DNA of 64,000 nucleotides from Raillietiella orientalis. Lineage: Eukaryota. Below are positions 24,115 to 37,000 of the stretch, one piece after another (position 1 is the stretch's first letter; the number at the start of each line of letters is the position of its first letter). The DNA is taken from NCBI GenBank assembly GCA_036172245.1, contig JAYWIR010000010.1, positions 1,240,001 to 1,304,000 on the forward strand, in the 5' to 3' direction. The translations under genes and the position numbers were made by a program. Below the pieces are notes generated by a model, which made no database searches, was not told the DNA's origin, and worked only from the letters and a program-made list of their open reading frames with translations.

Positions 24115-27100
24115 CTGCATTGTATGTGACCAGGGGAAGTCAACTGCAGCCTGAAAAAAATACTACAAAAAAGGAGGATGCTTAGAATTTGTGAATGTGT
24201 TGATAATTCTCAAAGAGATGTTTCCTTATGTACATGTCATTGCTTTTTTATTTCTCAATAAACTAGCTTTGAATTCCAATTTCTTTTTTTCTTTTTTGGC
24301 TGATTTTTTTGAAGGAATGCAACGTATTCAAATCTCCAACAATCCGAACATTGCCAAAAAAAAGGAAAAAACACATTCTGTTCTCGCTCCTGTTAACGAT
24401 TTCAGCCATTCCTGGCTTTCTCAGTAGTTCCAAAACAAAATAAATGTCCAGTTGGAATACACATCTCGAAAATTGGAATCTTCTTGTTTGAATTCAAACA
24501 AGTAAAGGTTCCTTATTTTTCTTTAAATTTGGGTGGATCCACATACGTAAGTGGAAAGTAAAGTCTCTTTTTATTAATTACTAGAAGAATTACATCAACC
24601 TGACGAGAAATGTGTGTGTGTTTTTTTTTTCCTTATTTTTTTTAACTGATTTCAAATGCCTATCATTTCAAACAAACTCGACAGCGCTGACCAGGAGGTT
24701 TTTGGCATGGTAATTTCTGGAAATTCATGTCTCCTCCCCAAGCAAAGAACGAAGTTTGTAAATGGAATGTAACAGGAGGGAAATTTTACGTAGACTTCAG
24801 AAAGTATACGAATGAGTGAATTTTTTTCTTCTGTATTTGTCCCATAATCAAGAACTCTATTTCCAACCAAATCTTAGCAATAAAAGATGTGCAAGTTTCC
24901 TGAATTGAAGTTACTCAACGGTCAACTTAAACGATGAAATTATTTTTCAAATGTCTGGTATTTATCCAGCTGCTTAATTTTTAAAAGTACGTTTTTTTTT
25001 TTTTTTTGCAAAACTCGAAGGACCAAAATTTTCTCACAATCTGGATTTCCAATAGAAGGTGCAGCACTGTGAAGTTGAAAACAGAAATAGTGTATCTCCC
25101 ATTCCTTAAACTCATGGATTCTTCTCTCAAACATCAGTTTCAATCTCAGAAAAAAAAGTCATACTCGTTACAATCTTTCTCTGCATTCCACAAATGAAAT
25201 TGCTTTCGTATTAAACACGGCGAGCACGGTTCCAGCACTCACGGCTGTTTACTTTCCAGGGGACAGACCTTCGGAAGCTGTGAAAACCTTTCTGACCACT
25301 CCAGACCTCTTCGGACCTTCGGTCGTCAGTAAACGAAGGACAAACTTCTCAAGCAAATTCTTGTCGGCATCCTCGCCTCGTGCTGCCACATTTCTTTTTT
25401 TTTTTCTTCACTTCCTTACTCTCGTCAATTGGAGCAGTGTTTCTATATAATTTCTTAAAGAAATACAGTAGCCCTAAGAATTCTAATTCGACTTCACCTC
25501 GGTACTAAAACGTATGCCTATCTCTGAGCACACGACGCCCAAATTCATCAGCTCAAATCGAAATCGAAAGAATTGCAATGCAAAGTGTGAGGACTTTGCT
25601 GGAGAAAACCGAGTTCTACGGTGTGTCAGATACGTCTGAAAATACCAACGGAAAGAATTCTTAACAGCGAATAAAAACAAATTTTCCGAGTCACTTAAGG
25701 GCGTAAGCAACTCTCGGGGATGGTGTTTGGAGATATATTTCCAAGGTTACTGACACTGAAAACTAAAATGCATATTTCTACATGATTTCACTTTTACTTG
25801 AAGAGTCATAGTCGCACTTATAACCCATTTGTTTCCCCCTTTGCAGTATTCTGGCTTTAAGCAATCAGGCGAAGAATTCCCTGCATTACGAAATGCTGCT
25901 CAGCAAACCACTCTTTCTACACACATTTGTTCTTCCACTACATCCATCCTGTTGCAGCTTTCCAAATCTCGGACCGCATCGCTGGAATGATTTGTGCGCT
26001 GAGTGTTTGAAGGAGGCAACAACTCGTGTAAATCTGCAAGGTAACTTTATTTCACCGATTGCATTCACGCATCCAGAGATCAATTATTATCCAAAGACTA
26101 GTGCAGTCCACTTCATTCCCCACGCATCTTGATGAGAACTCTGGATACTACCTACTAGGGCAATCACTCCCCTAGTAACCGTCAAAACAAGTCCTGAAAG
26201 CAAAACTGCAAATCCATTGCAAGGCGTGTTCCACGCAGACCATCATTTGCTAACCAAACTTTCCGCCACACTCATCACCACCAAATGATGGAAGTCCCCC
26301 TTTCTGCATCTTTCAATAATACAGCATCCGAGTGTGTTTTTATAATGCGGATGCGTTTTTTCCCTTAGGAAACAAAAGAAAAACACACATCAAGCTACAG
26401 TTTTGCCTTGCGGTGTATTGTATTGACAGTGATCCCCATTCTCATGGTTCAACTGCAGCTGCTGGAGCACGTGAGAACATCTCAGTAGCCATCAACTCGA
26501 GCTGCTGGCATCCTCAACATTCATGCGATTTCCGTGAAAATCACTACCGTCAGCTCAAGCAAAAGCAAATCTGACGCACGTACTCTCACACTTTTGCGAT
26601 GGGTTTCCTGCCCGTCCCCATCACTCTTTTTCTCCTAAAACCACGTGTTTCAAATGAACTAACTCTGCTCGCCTCCCAAACGTTTTGGTATTAGAAAAAG
26701 GAATGGATCTTATGGATCGAATGAATAACCTGCAATACAAAAATTAACAGTTACCATTCTGCGCCTTTTCTTGACTAAAATAATGTTCCGTAGTAGATTC
26801 CTCGCATTATTTCCCTCACATATCCCCATCTTCATCCCATGTTCCCTGGATGATAAATCGTAACCACCAGCAGACCTTCGGATGCTTCCCTTTCTGAGTG
26901 AGAGGAGACTGCAGCGAGAGAGCACCACCAGCGTCTACGATAGTGGTTTCTGCGTCCACCAAATTCGACATGTTTAAGCTGGTTTTCCTGTTTTCCATTT
27001 CGTCTCAATGGGATGTGCGCGATTTTCCATTGCGTCGGAAATGAAGAAAACGTTATTCTCCGCGCTTCCTCCAGAGAGTTTTCAATTCTCACTCTTAAAT

Positions 27101-28623
27101 TTGGTGGAGGAGAACTTCGACCTCGACCGGATCTTGAGGATGATCAACCACGCCACCAGGCCTTTGAAGAAAATGCTGAAATGCTCATTTGTGTCATCAA
27201 GTGAAGCGATGCTGAATCATTTCGATTAGCAAGAGTCTGTCAAGATTGCCGGCGACTACGGTCAAGCGAAAGCACGTCGCCGTTGGCTTCGCTGTTCGAC
27301 GAAGAAGAAGCTATCAGATGAAAAAACGCAGCTGCTACGATACGTGACAGATGCAAACGTAAGAACCCTTGCCATGGTCTTAGAACTGCTCCTAGTTTCC
27401 CTTCGGTGCCTCTTCCGGACTCGGTGAAGTTCTCTGTCCTTCTATTTTTTCTCTTAGATCTGACTCTCTGCCTTGTTTGCAGCTCGTTCCATATTAGAGG
27501 GAAAGAACAAGCGCACGTGTTGTTGCTTTGGTTCTCGAAGATAATCTTCAGTTGTTCGTCGAAAGCGCTTTCTGTTTATCACTGAACGTTTGGAATTTAT
27601 GACCCAGAAAGTCACTGAACGGAAAATTGTTAGCCAAAACTGGTTTGAAAGCTTCGTTTAAGTTTAAAGCCATAGGAAGGAGGGGGGGGGGGTGAAACAA
27701 GGAGAGATTTGATTTTACTAAAAGGTTTTTCGGAAGCAGTGAGAAAGAATGGGGCAGCGACAACTTTATACGAAGAGTGCAGAAGAATAGGCAGCGAATC
27801 ATTATTAGTCAACGAATGCTCCGTAGCACTTCCGCAGTGTTTTCGTGGAAAACACAGACGCACTTGTTGAAAATTTATGGTTTTCCAGAAACTCGCCTCC
27901 CTTTGTACGCAGATTTTTAGAAAACGATCCGTTTCGAAGCATGTGTACTGTCAGGAAAGCATAATTACTAAGTAATGCCTGCATGGACCAATCTTAATTT
28001 GAGAATTTGAAATAATGCAGGAGTAGGTTATCGTTATTTATCTGACGAGCTCTGAGGAACGTTGTCGTTGGACGATCTGTTCCTACCAAAGTGGGTCCAT
28101 CCTTAAAGAATTTTTCAGCACGCCATGATATTCCTACGACTTTGTTGGGCCTCACATATGAGTCGCCACTCTGCGAAATGAGCACATCGTGCAGCGAAAC
28201 ATTCGTTTACGAAGGCAGAAGTACGTCCCACGACCGAACACTCCAGCGTTTGCCACTTACATATGCCTAAAATCAATCTACGAAAAGTGCGTTTCTTTCA
28301 GGGGGGATTACAAAGTATCGACGGAATGCGGAAATGAAAAAAGCAAGAAGAAAGATGGTTGAGGTTGAGATGATTAAAAGTGACCCATCATTACTGAACC
28401 AAGGCGTCCTGCAGCTTTTACCTTCCGTGGTACATCCTGCAGCGAGACGTGAAAGAAGCGGTTGGTGAGAAAAAACTCATCCTCTAGATGAGCATCGCCT
28501 AGAGGAAAAGAAAAAAAAAGACCACTCGGGTTTGCAAGGAGTCGGCAGATGCCATTGATCAGCGACTGACGCCGTTAATGGTCGGTAGAAAGCAAATGCA
28601 ACCATGAGAAGAACAAGGGGAGA

Positions 28624-28649
28624 ACACACACACACACACACACACACAC
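28624..28649. repeat. (AC)13 microsatellite
   Basis: Directly visible. Confidence 0.95.
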
Positions 28650-29699
28650 GCATTCACACACATCCGGCAAGAAAAATGGAAACATGGACCCATTTTGAAA
28701 ATACTAAGAGTTCATACCACAAAGGAAATTTTGTCTTTCACGAATAAAATAAGAGTTTCTGCGCAACCCACCCGTGAAAGAAAAAAATCACCATGTGCTT
28801 CAGTGATCCAACAGAAGTGTCAGAATATTCATTTCTGGAAACGAAATTAAGATGAAACATTCATCATGGAGTGGGATCCACCGAATGATTGGTTGGTTCA
28901 AGAAAGATAGAAAAAAGCATCTGGGAAAGCAGGAAAATGTAGGTCTTCGTAGGTCTAGAGAGACTGTTAATTAGAAAGTGTAGAAATCTGCGATAGGATT
29001 GGTTTTACCTAAAGACTGACGCTTAAGTAATTGCGCGAGTAGTTGTTTTTGGTGGTTGGGAGGGGAGGGGAAGGGAAGAGCAATCTTTTCTCCTGACTCA
29101 GGCATTAAGGGCCTGGGGATTGAGTGGATTCTGAGAATCCGCTCAATCCCCAACTCAGTCATGCAGAAGAAAAAGATCATTTCCATGATAAGACTGTAAA
29201 TGTTTCATTTTAACAGCGGAAAAAAAATAAGCGCTTGTATTTGAATGAGGACAGTCTTGAAGGCACCACTGGCACTGCATCGTACATGTGGTAGTTTGTA
29301 CGAAGTCACTATTCTGGGTTGGATATACATCTGATAGAAACAAGAAGATGCAATTAGCAGAATAGACCTGGACTTGCTAGCTGCAGATGAGACACGTCAA
29401 AAATGTAAATGACGAGTTCTGCGCACTGTGCAGGCCAAAATTCCGAAAACCATAATTTCCTATTTCCGTCAATTAACGAATTCTTCACGAAGTGCATGTA
29501 AATGAGAAACGATTACCAGCGAGTGCAGAACTGTTGGGAGAGAAGGAGAAGAAGAAGAAAAAAAGGAATTTTTTCTTCTTCCAAGAACTTTAAAATTCAT
29601 GGAGATGACAGTGACTGATTCAACCTGCCTCACTATGGCAACAGGTGAGCTCCTGAAAAACTCAGGGAGTCCCGTGGGAAGCTCATTTTCTTCGTTTGT

Positions 29700-30000
29700 T
29701 GGCTCGTTCCTGTGGAATGCACAGTATGTGGAAAACCACGAGGACTCGAGATGATTTCTGTGACAACCGTATCCAAAATGAAATCCACACAGGAGCCTGG
29801 CCTGCGTTTTGTTTACATTGCCTTCAATCTATTTTGAGGTGCCCGGCCTTCGACGCGAATCGCGGGACTCCTCGGACTCGGAAGCTGCGCCGATTCGAGA
29901 GGACGGAAAAATCTCAAGATCACACGATGCACGCGGCGCTTCTTCGCCGATGGGAGGAACTCGAGATCTTCACACGTCGGAGGGAACGACGCTCTTACGG
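29700..30000 (+). mobile_element. Possible decayed LINE ORF2 C-terminal fragment
   Basis: PAFCLHCLQSILRCPAFDANR resembles the CxxC..H.L..CP.F...R zinc-binding tail of I/Jockey-group ORF2 proteins; matched by eye only. Confidence 0.3.
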
Positions 30001-31084
30001 GCGGCCAGCATCGCAAAACTCTGTTGCCTAGGAGACACGCGTTCACTTAGCCGCCTCACTGAGTGCAGACTTGTTCGTGGAGAGTGGAGGAAAGAGGGAT
30101 ACCCTTGCATAGGTCATTACTTCGCTTTTTTCTTCTCTTTTTTTCCCATCATCGGAGATCAGTGCTGGATGTTGTGAAAAACAGAACTCTTGATCGTAAG
30201 CGCCAGTAGTGCTTGAGAGGGAAACTGGGGGCGAGGAATTATTTCTTGGAAAACTTGGAATTTTCACCCTCTCTTTTGCCATGGGCCAGAGAAAGCGCGT
30301 GGTCAAAAAAGCGAAAGAAGCCAAATTCAGGAAAAGAATGCTCGAAACCAAGAAAAACAACTCAAACTTTGTTGAATATAGCAGCAACCATCGTGAGAAA
30401 CTCCTAGCGAAAAAGGTCACTTTCTTCCCCGGAGGTGGTTGGTTTAAGAAACGCTCTTTCAAGAGGAAAAAACAAAACAGCTGTTCGGGACGAAGAACAG
30501 CATGTGCGATTTCCGATTAAGCTGACAGAGAAGAAGCTTTTGCTTCTTGGAAGTCCTCTTACGCGCGTCTTTCAACTTTTCACGTGTGCAGCCTCTTCTC
30601 ATCTGCCCTTTGAAACCGAATTGCCGATTCTGGGTTGCTGGAAATCGTAGATCTTAGCGTCGCCCCGAATCAGCCGGCTGACTCTAAGCGTCGAGTCCAG
30701 GTCGAGCAGAACTGCAGGCAGAGAACGCTCCGAGAGGCCCTTTCCTCCCCCCCCCCCCTCTGCTTCAAAGGCGCGACTGTGGCCGGTGCGTTCAAGCCCC
30801 TTGCCCTCGCCCGAAAGTCGTCTTGTATTCGATGATGCGACTGAAACGCATCACCATCCGCGATCATGCCGAATCGGCCCTTATCTCACCAGCCGCTCAC
30901 TGCAATTTCCTAGACCCGTAGAGAAGCAATTGCACGTAATAGCGGTGATCTCCAGAGGAATTCTGTGAATAATCGCCCGAGGCAAAGATGGCAACACTAA
31001 GCAGTAGCAGAGAAGTCGAGATCAAAAGTCTATCGTCTTTTCATGCGGATCGGTGAGGTTACAGGGACAAAAACAAGTGATGCC

Positions 31085-34000
31085 ATGCCCCTTGCACCAA
31101 AGGTCGTTTATTTTCTCCTGGTAAGTATGATTCCTTCCATTTTTCTTGGATTAAAATATTATGAAAGAGGAGACTTTGTTTGCTCTGTAGCGTCGGTCTC
31201 ACCTTTTTTTCTAGTCCCAATTTTTTTAAAGATTTGGCGGTAACACAGGACTGTCGTTTTTCACGAAACGGAAATTCCCTCAGCGGAACAAAAGCCGAAA
31301 GTTTGTGCTTAGCATGTCTTGCCGTTTCTGTTTTTCTCCTTATTCCTCCGGATTTTAAAAGCAAAAGAAGGAAGGGAAAAAAAGCGCGATCTCTGTTCCC
31401 AGTCTGAGTGAAGGCAGCCGATCGAGGGAGTCGCTTGCAAGGATGCGCAGGACTTTCCGTGTTCCTTTGTTCGGACGGGCATAAACGTTGTAGACCGAAT
31501 GGACAAAATGGTTGCTGGTATGCATGCCACCGGTTTCGAACCTTGGACGTGTACACATCCAGCAGAGTTCTCAGATCTGAACAGACTTGTTTTGGTTGGA
31601 GGTGTAACCACAATGGCTCGATCCAGAGATGCTCCTGTACTACTGACGATGTTTTCAGAAGCTTCTTTAAGGGATTTCAAAACTCGGTACCTATGCTTTG
31701 TGTTTCTTTATGTTTATGTAAGCATGCGTATATGTGGGTGGGTGTGTGTGTGTTGTGAGCACGTACGTATACACACACACACACACACACACACACATAT
31801 GTACTGTGATTTCTTGAAGTTTGGGTGCATCTCCTGCTATCCACCGACCTCAAACTAAAAATCCGTGAAGATGAACATTTCGTATGTCCTTCCTAGAGCT
31901 CTTTGTCGGGCGTCTGATACCTTGTCTTTACACGGGTGTGGCCGCGAGGATGCATACATCTTCTGTCACTCTCGCGGCCCTGTTGGATTTCCTATATCCC
32001 CACTGCGATCTGCATTTCTTCCATTTCATTCGGAGCCTGGATTCCTAGAAAGCATGCTGAAGCGAAGAAGAGCACGAACTTGAAATGAACACGGCAACTC
32101 TGCCCGTCTCATGTTTTCGTGTTTCCTAAAATATTCGTAGGCGAACCACCCAAGTGGGATCCCAAGTTTCGCTAGGTCAGCGCTTCCTATTCCGGCTATT
32201 GAGAAACGCGGGGTTTGGAACGGAACAGAAAGTGCAGCTACACTGCCCTCAGGAAGATCTTGCAAGGGTGTGTACCGAGAAGTAGGCGTGGCAGACTGAA
32301 CTGCGCCCTTGCGTGGCAGTGAATTTGCTAGAAATCCCTCAGGAAAAGCATTTTGCATCCATTGGTTTCTTGTGCACACTGGACCGATCGGCAGCTGCTT
32401 CCATCAGTTTCACGTCGCTTGCCATTCTTGATCCAAAGACCGCATTGCGCTGGCTGCGATGATGACTTTAAGCCCTACCTAATTCCTCGTAGACCCTTGA
32501 GATCTCTTGTGCACTGTTCTTTTCCGTCTACACGAAACACGTCTTCTGAACATGCAGACTGACACCGCAACTAGCACACAAATGTTCCACTGTTGCCATG
32601 ACTACTCCTCGCAGTGGGAGAGTTCACCTTTTGGTGTTGGAGAGGATGCAGGTTTGCGAGCGAAACTACCCCCCAGCGTTCCCGATTTGTTTGTGGACAC
32701 TTCTGAAATTCATATGAAGCAGTCATATGAAGTTCCCTCTTTACTTCGCAAAGTTGTGGATGCAACTTTGCTAGAAACTTCGAGCCTTCTTTGCACTTTG
32801 TTAGACTTGCCAATTTTCCGACAAGAAATTCATCCTGGGTGCAGAATGCCATTTGGCATGAAAGAACGTGTTCTTCCCTCTTATCATGATAGCTCTGGAT
32901 TCTCGAGGAATCTGCTTTCAGAAATCCCAGACGTATAACGAAGGGGATTTCGAAAAAAGGAACTCGAATCTGATCTGAACCTTCCAGAGGATAAACCACA
33001 GCAACATTCTGGATACTTTCCTCCAAATGCCTTTCGCTCGAATCCACGACTTTCCAAATGCACTTTAGGCATCTCCACTTTTTTGCCTCTAGCTAAGACC
33101 GCTCAGTTATTTCTCTGTGACGATTGCTTTCCGCATCGCCATTCGAAAAGGCGTCTCCCAAGAGGATTCTAATGTTTCCGTACTTCCAGCCAAGTCAGCC
33201 GGAATGTAGTCGTTCAGGTTCGTTCGTTTTGCAGCAGGACAAAGGTAATCTTTCCGATTCGTTCAAAGGCCGTTGCCCTCGATCCATCACAACAGCCACC
33301 GAAATCTTCTGCCATCTTTGTAAAAAAAAAAAAAAAAAATACCGCGAAAGATTTGCTTTTCTAGAAACTCCAAGGGAATCTATATTTGACGGAACGTCAG
33401 TAATCTTCGACGTTCATGCCCCCAGTTCTGGGCGCTGGGATTCAGGTCCGCTCACATCTACAGACGCAGATGGCCGCCCCGCACGGCTGTGACTTTCAGT
33501 GCCTGAAGGCCCTTTGGTCCTTTCAGAGGAGAGGAATGAGGAGCTAGCCTTGTGTTCTTCAGAGGAACAGCTGCAGCCCCCGCCAACTGTGTTCTCTCCA
33601 GAAGGTGAAAGAAGAGAGAAAGCCATCTACAAGGATCCTCCAGGGTGGAGAGGACCACTCTTTCCTGCAGTTCTTCTGGACTTGGGGTGCCTCTTGCTGA
33701 CATCTGCTCACCCCCAAAGGATTATGCCACATCACAGACAGCAGAGCGTTGCAGGCATTGTTCTGAGGGCAGCCATGGTTATATCACTTTTGATGGATCA
33801 TCCCTGTCTCATTCCAGCGGAGGGACGGCAGCGCTCTTCAGCTCCACATACGGACATTCCTCGTTCCGCTGTCAAGAAGGTGTCTGACGTGCGATGTAAT
33901 TTTTCCCACACATTTTTTTGTAGGTTGCCGTACTGACTCAAGGCGACGAAGAGCCGTCGTGCTCGCAGACAACCGGTTGCCTCGACGCCCTCAGATGCAC

Positions 34001-37000
34001 GCAGCATCCTTGCTCCTGTCCTCCATTTCATGTTCAAGTGGAAGAACGCTGCTTGCGGGGTAATTAATCGTTCTACATTCAGTAGTGGATAGACGAAAAT
34101 TACTATCGCTGGCATCATGCACTATTCAACTTTAATAAAGCTAGAATGGTACACCGAGATAAACGGGAAGGAAAGCTACTCTTTTTTTACGGGACGTCTC
34201 TGCGTTGCACAGTAACACGTTTGCTTGAACGTAGATGTTTGGATATTTCTTTAAACGAAACAAAAAATGCATCCACGTCATTCAGACTCTATGAGGAAAA
34301 TGCACCCTTTCCTTTAAGGAAACGTATCCTCGTGGATGATTGTTTTTAGGAAGTTTTGAGCTAAAGATATGGAAGAACGATTGCTTTCCCATCTTCAGCT
34401 TCCATATCTTCCTAGCAATCATTTACAACCGTAGCGGCGCCTTTTCCGCCTTCATAGCAGCCTCTTGAGTGGGGAAAGTCTCCAAGTGGACTGCAATCCT
34501 TTGCCGTAAAAGCAACGCCGTTTTATCTTCGTGTACAAATGGCAGCGAAGTTCGCAGGCTGTTCCCTATAAGTGCACAACTATTCCAGATGCTCTGTTGG
34601 GTTTCCCTTGTGTGGTGAGCGCACAGTGCCAGCTGAAAGTGAACGACAGTCTGTGCAAAGATGGTGTATGCCAGTGTCAGCCAGGCCTCATACCGCACCT
34701 AAAGCACCTCTGCTTAAAAGGTAAGACGGGGTTTGCATCCTCGGCTTGCATTCCATGCTCTCGCGCTGGCGTGTTCCTCCACGGACCGGAAATCCACATG
34801 ACCTTTACTGCGCGCATATCCGCTCGAAGGCCTCCTCCTCTTTCCTCCCCGTGTGCCAGACAATGCCTCCCCACACCCCGTCTTATCTGCGTTGGCATCC
34901 CCAAACCATTGGTTGCAGCGGCACACTTGCCAGGCTTATACGCCCCCGTGGTTCACATCTCTTTTCGGTCGCTTGAGGGTTCGGATTCGTTTCTTCTTCT
35001 TAGGAATCGGGGGAGCGTGCATGGAGAATGGTGAGTTTCGTCTCTCAGGCAGTGTCGTTTTTTTTTTTTTTGTCAGAACCGTGGAAAAGGAGGAGCAGTG
35101 CTTTCCAGAGGGAAGGCATGATACAATCGAAAGGAAACATCTGCTAAGTACTCTGTGGTTATTCACCACGCGTGAATACACATGGTCCAAATGCTCCTGC
35201 ATATCTGCGAGTCAAGTTTTAGGACATTTACCTCGTCTTACTTAAGAGCATCTTTCCACGAGTCCCGTAACGTTGTGAGGGAACGGATGTTGGACTCTGC
35301 AAACGATGTCTGGAAGATAAGCAAAGTGGCGCTCGTTTGGCTCAGATAGGCTTCTTGGAAAGAAGGCTTTGCCACCGTGAAATGGACACCCTGTGTGTCT
35401 TAGAACTTTCGCTTTCCTCGTGGTTTTTCCTACTTGTTTAAATCTCTCGACTTCCTTTGGTTTCGTTGTTTTCATCGCCGAAAAAAGTGGCATTCGATCC
35501 CGGTTGTTTTGTTTCTATTTTAAAAAATCATGTGTTGGTACATTCACAAACAGCGACTCCTAAAAGCTTCTCCTTGAAATCCCATGCCAATCATCCCTTT
35601 AGTCTACACGAGCCGTGGTCAATCCATTTATCAGAATGGGCCACATATTGACGTGCACCGTAGCCATCAGTGATGTGGATACTTAGACTGGGACAGTTTG
35701 CCATCTCTATCGTCATCCCTGTTAACCAATGAGGATGCAAACTATTAGACTCATGTCATCATCATTTCTAAAATGTCTCTTCCAACGGATTCACCAAGGC
35801 GGTGTCAAAGGCTTTTCCGGATCCAATGGGAGCTTCCTGTCCAAAATTTAAGTGTTGCCGGGCAAAAATTTGGAATGGCAACTCGTTCTTGGAAAGAAAT
35901 GTTTTGTACGTGGCATATGTGAATGTTCCAACGGATACGATGGCCACTTGTCATCGGCCTATCACCAAAGAGATACTTCAGAGATGTTCTCCACAATGAC
36001 GTTCTTTTGGGAGAACCGTGGTAAAATCGAAACATACGAAGCAAATGGCCAATCTAAACTCCGATTCAATCGTCTGCACATATGTGTATATTCGTGCATT
36101 TATTCGTGGATGTCTGCCTATGTAGGAACATTATATGTGCATTCGTTCATTGGCAAGCATAACTGTTTTTAATTAGGGTTTGTTTTCTGCTTACGTGATG
36201 TTTGCTATCACTGCCTTCAGTGGATGAAATTTCGGAAAATATAAGCACAGATGCGAATATGTACTGTACTGGATATTCAATTCAATTCAACGTGTCAATG
36301 TACGGGATCGCTTATGCGAAAGCAGAATCCCATCTCCTGGATGCATCCCTTCTCTAATCGTTTTCGCCATTCGCCTTAGCCTTGCTCGTTTCCACGAAGA
36401 AGCATGAAAATGAATTGCAATGAAGAGAAATTTTCAAGAGAAAAATGTGTGGACTTCTAGGAAAGAGCAGATGACCCGGTAAAAGGAAAAAAATCCTACG
36501 AGACTGGACTCCCTCGAACCCAGAGGTGGGCAACCTTTCCGTCGCAATGGTCTGCATTCTGGCCACCGCTGTTCTAGAGGATGTTGTCATTAGCCACAGT
36601 CCCAGAAGTGACCGCAGCGTTAAACTCCTAGGTCATCACGTTTTCGCCCGTTACGCTGCTTTCACAAATCCTGTTGCATGAGGAACAATTAATCATCACA
36701 ATATGATACCCCACGAAACATGTCAGCATCTATCGTTAAAGTGATTCGCTTAGCTTCACCGTGGACCATCTATTACGAATGCAGCTTTTCACGGGGAACC
36801 ATTGCTTCCGAGATTTTTCTTTCTCATCCACCCACCCAGTTGATTTTTGCAAGCACACGAACCGAATTACACGTTATGCCTGAGGAGCACAGGGTTCCGG
36901 TGCTTCTTCCTTTGCTTCATCTGCTGTGGTCTCTCCAAGTATGCTCGAGATCAATCGCAACAGACTCTCATTAGATGATTGATTCTCACCTTTCTCCTGA

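Noticed and set aside
31520..31620. Minus-strand GGTTCGAAACC B-box followed by CCA, suggesting a tRNA
   Set aside because: The T-stem does not pair and no cloverleaf can be built; at most a SINE relic.
31408..31758. Cys-rich ORF beginning like an LDLa repeat (C..FLCSDG..C)
   Set aside because: Lacks the DxSDE acidic motif and correct cysteine spacing; no convincing splice sites.
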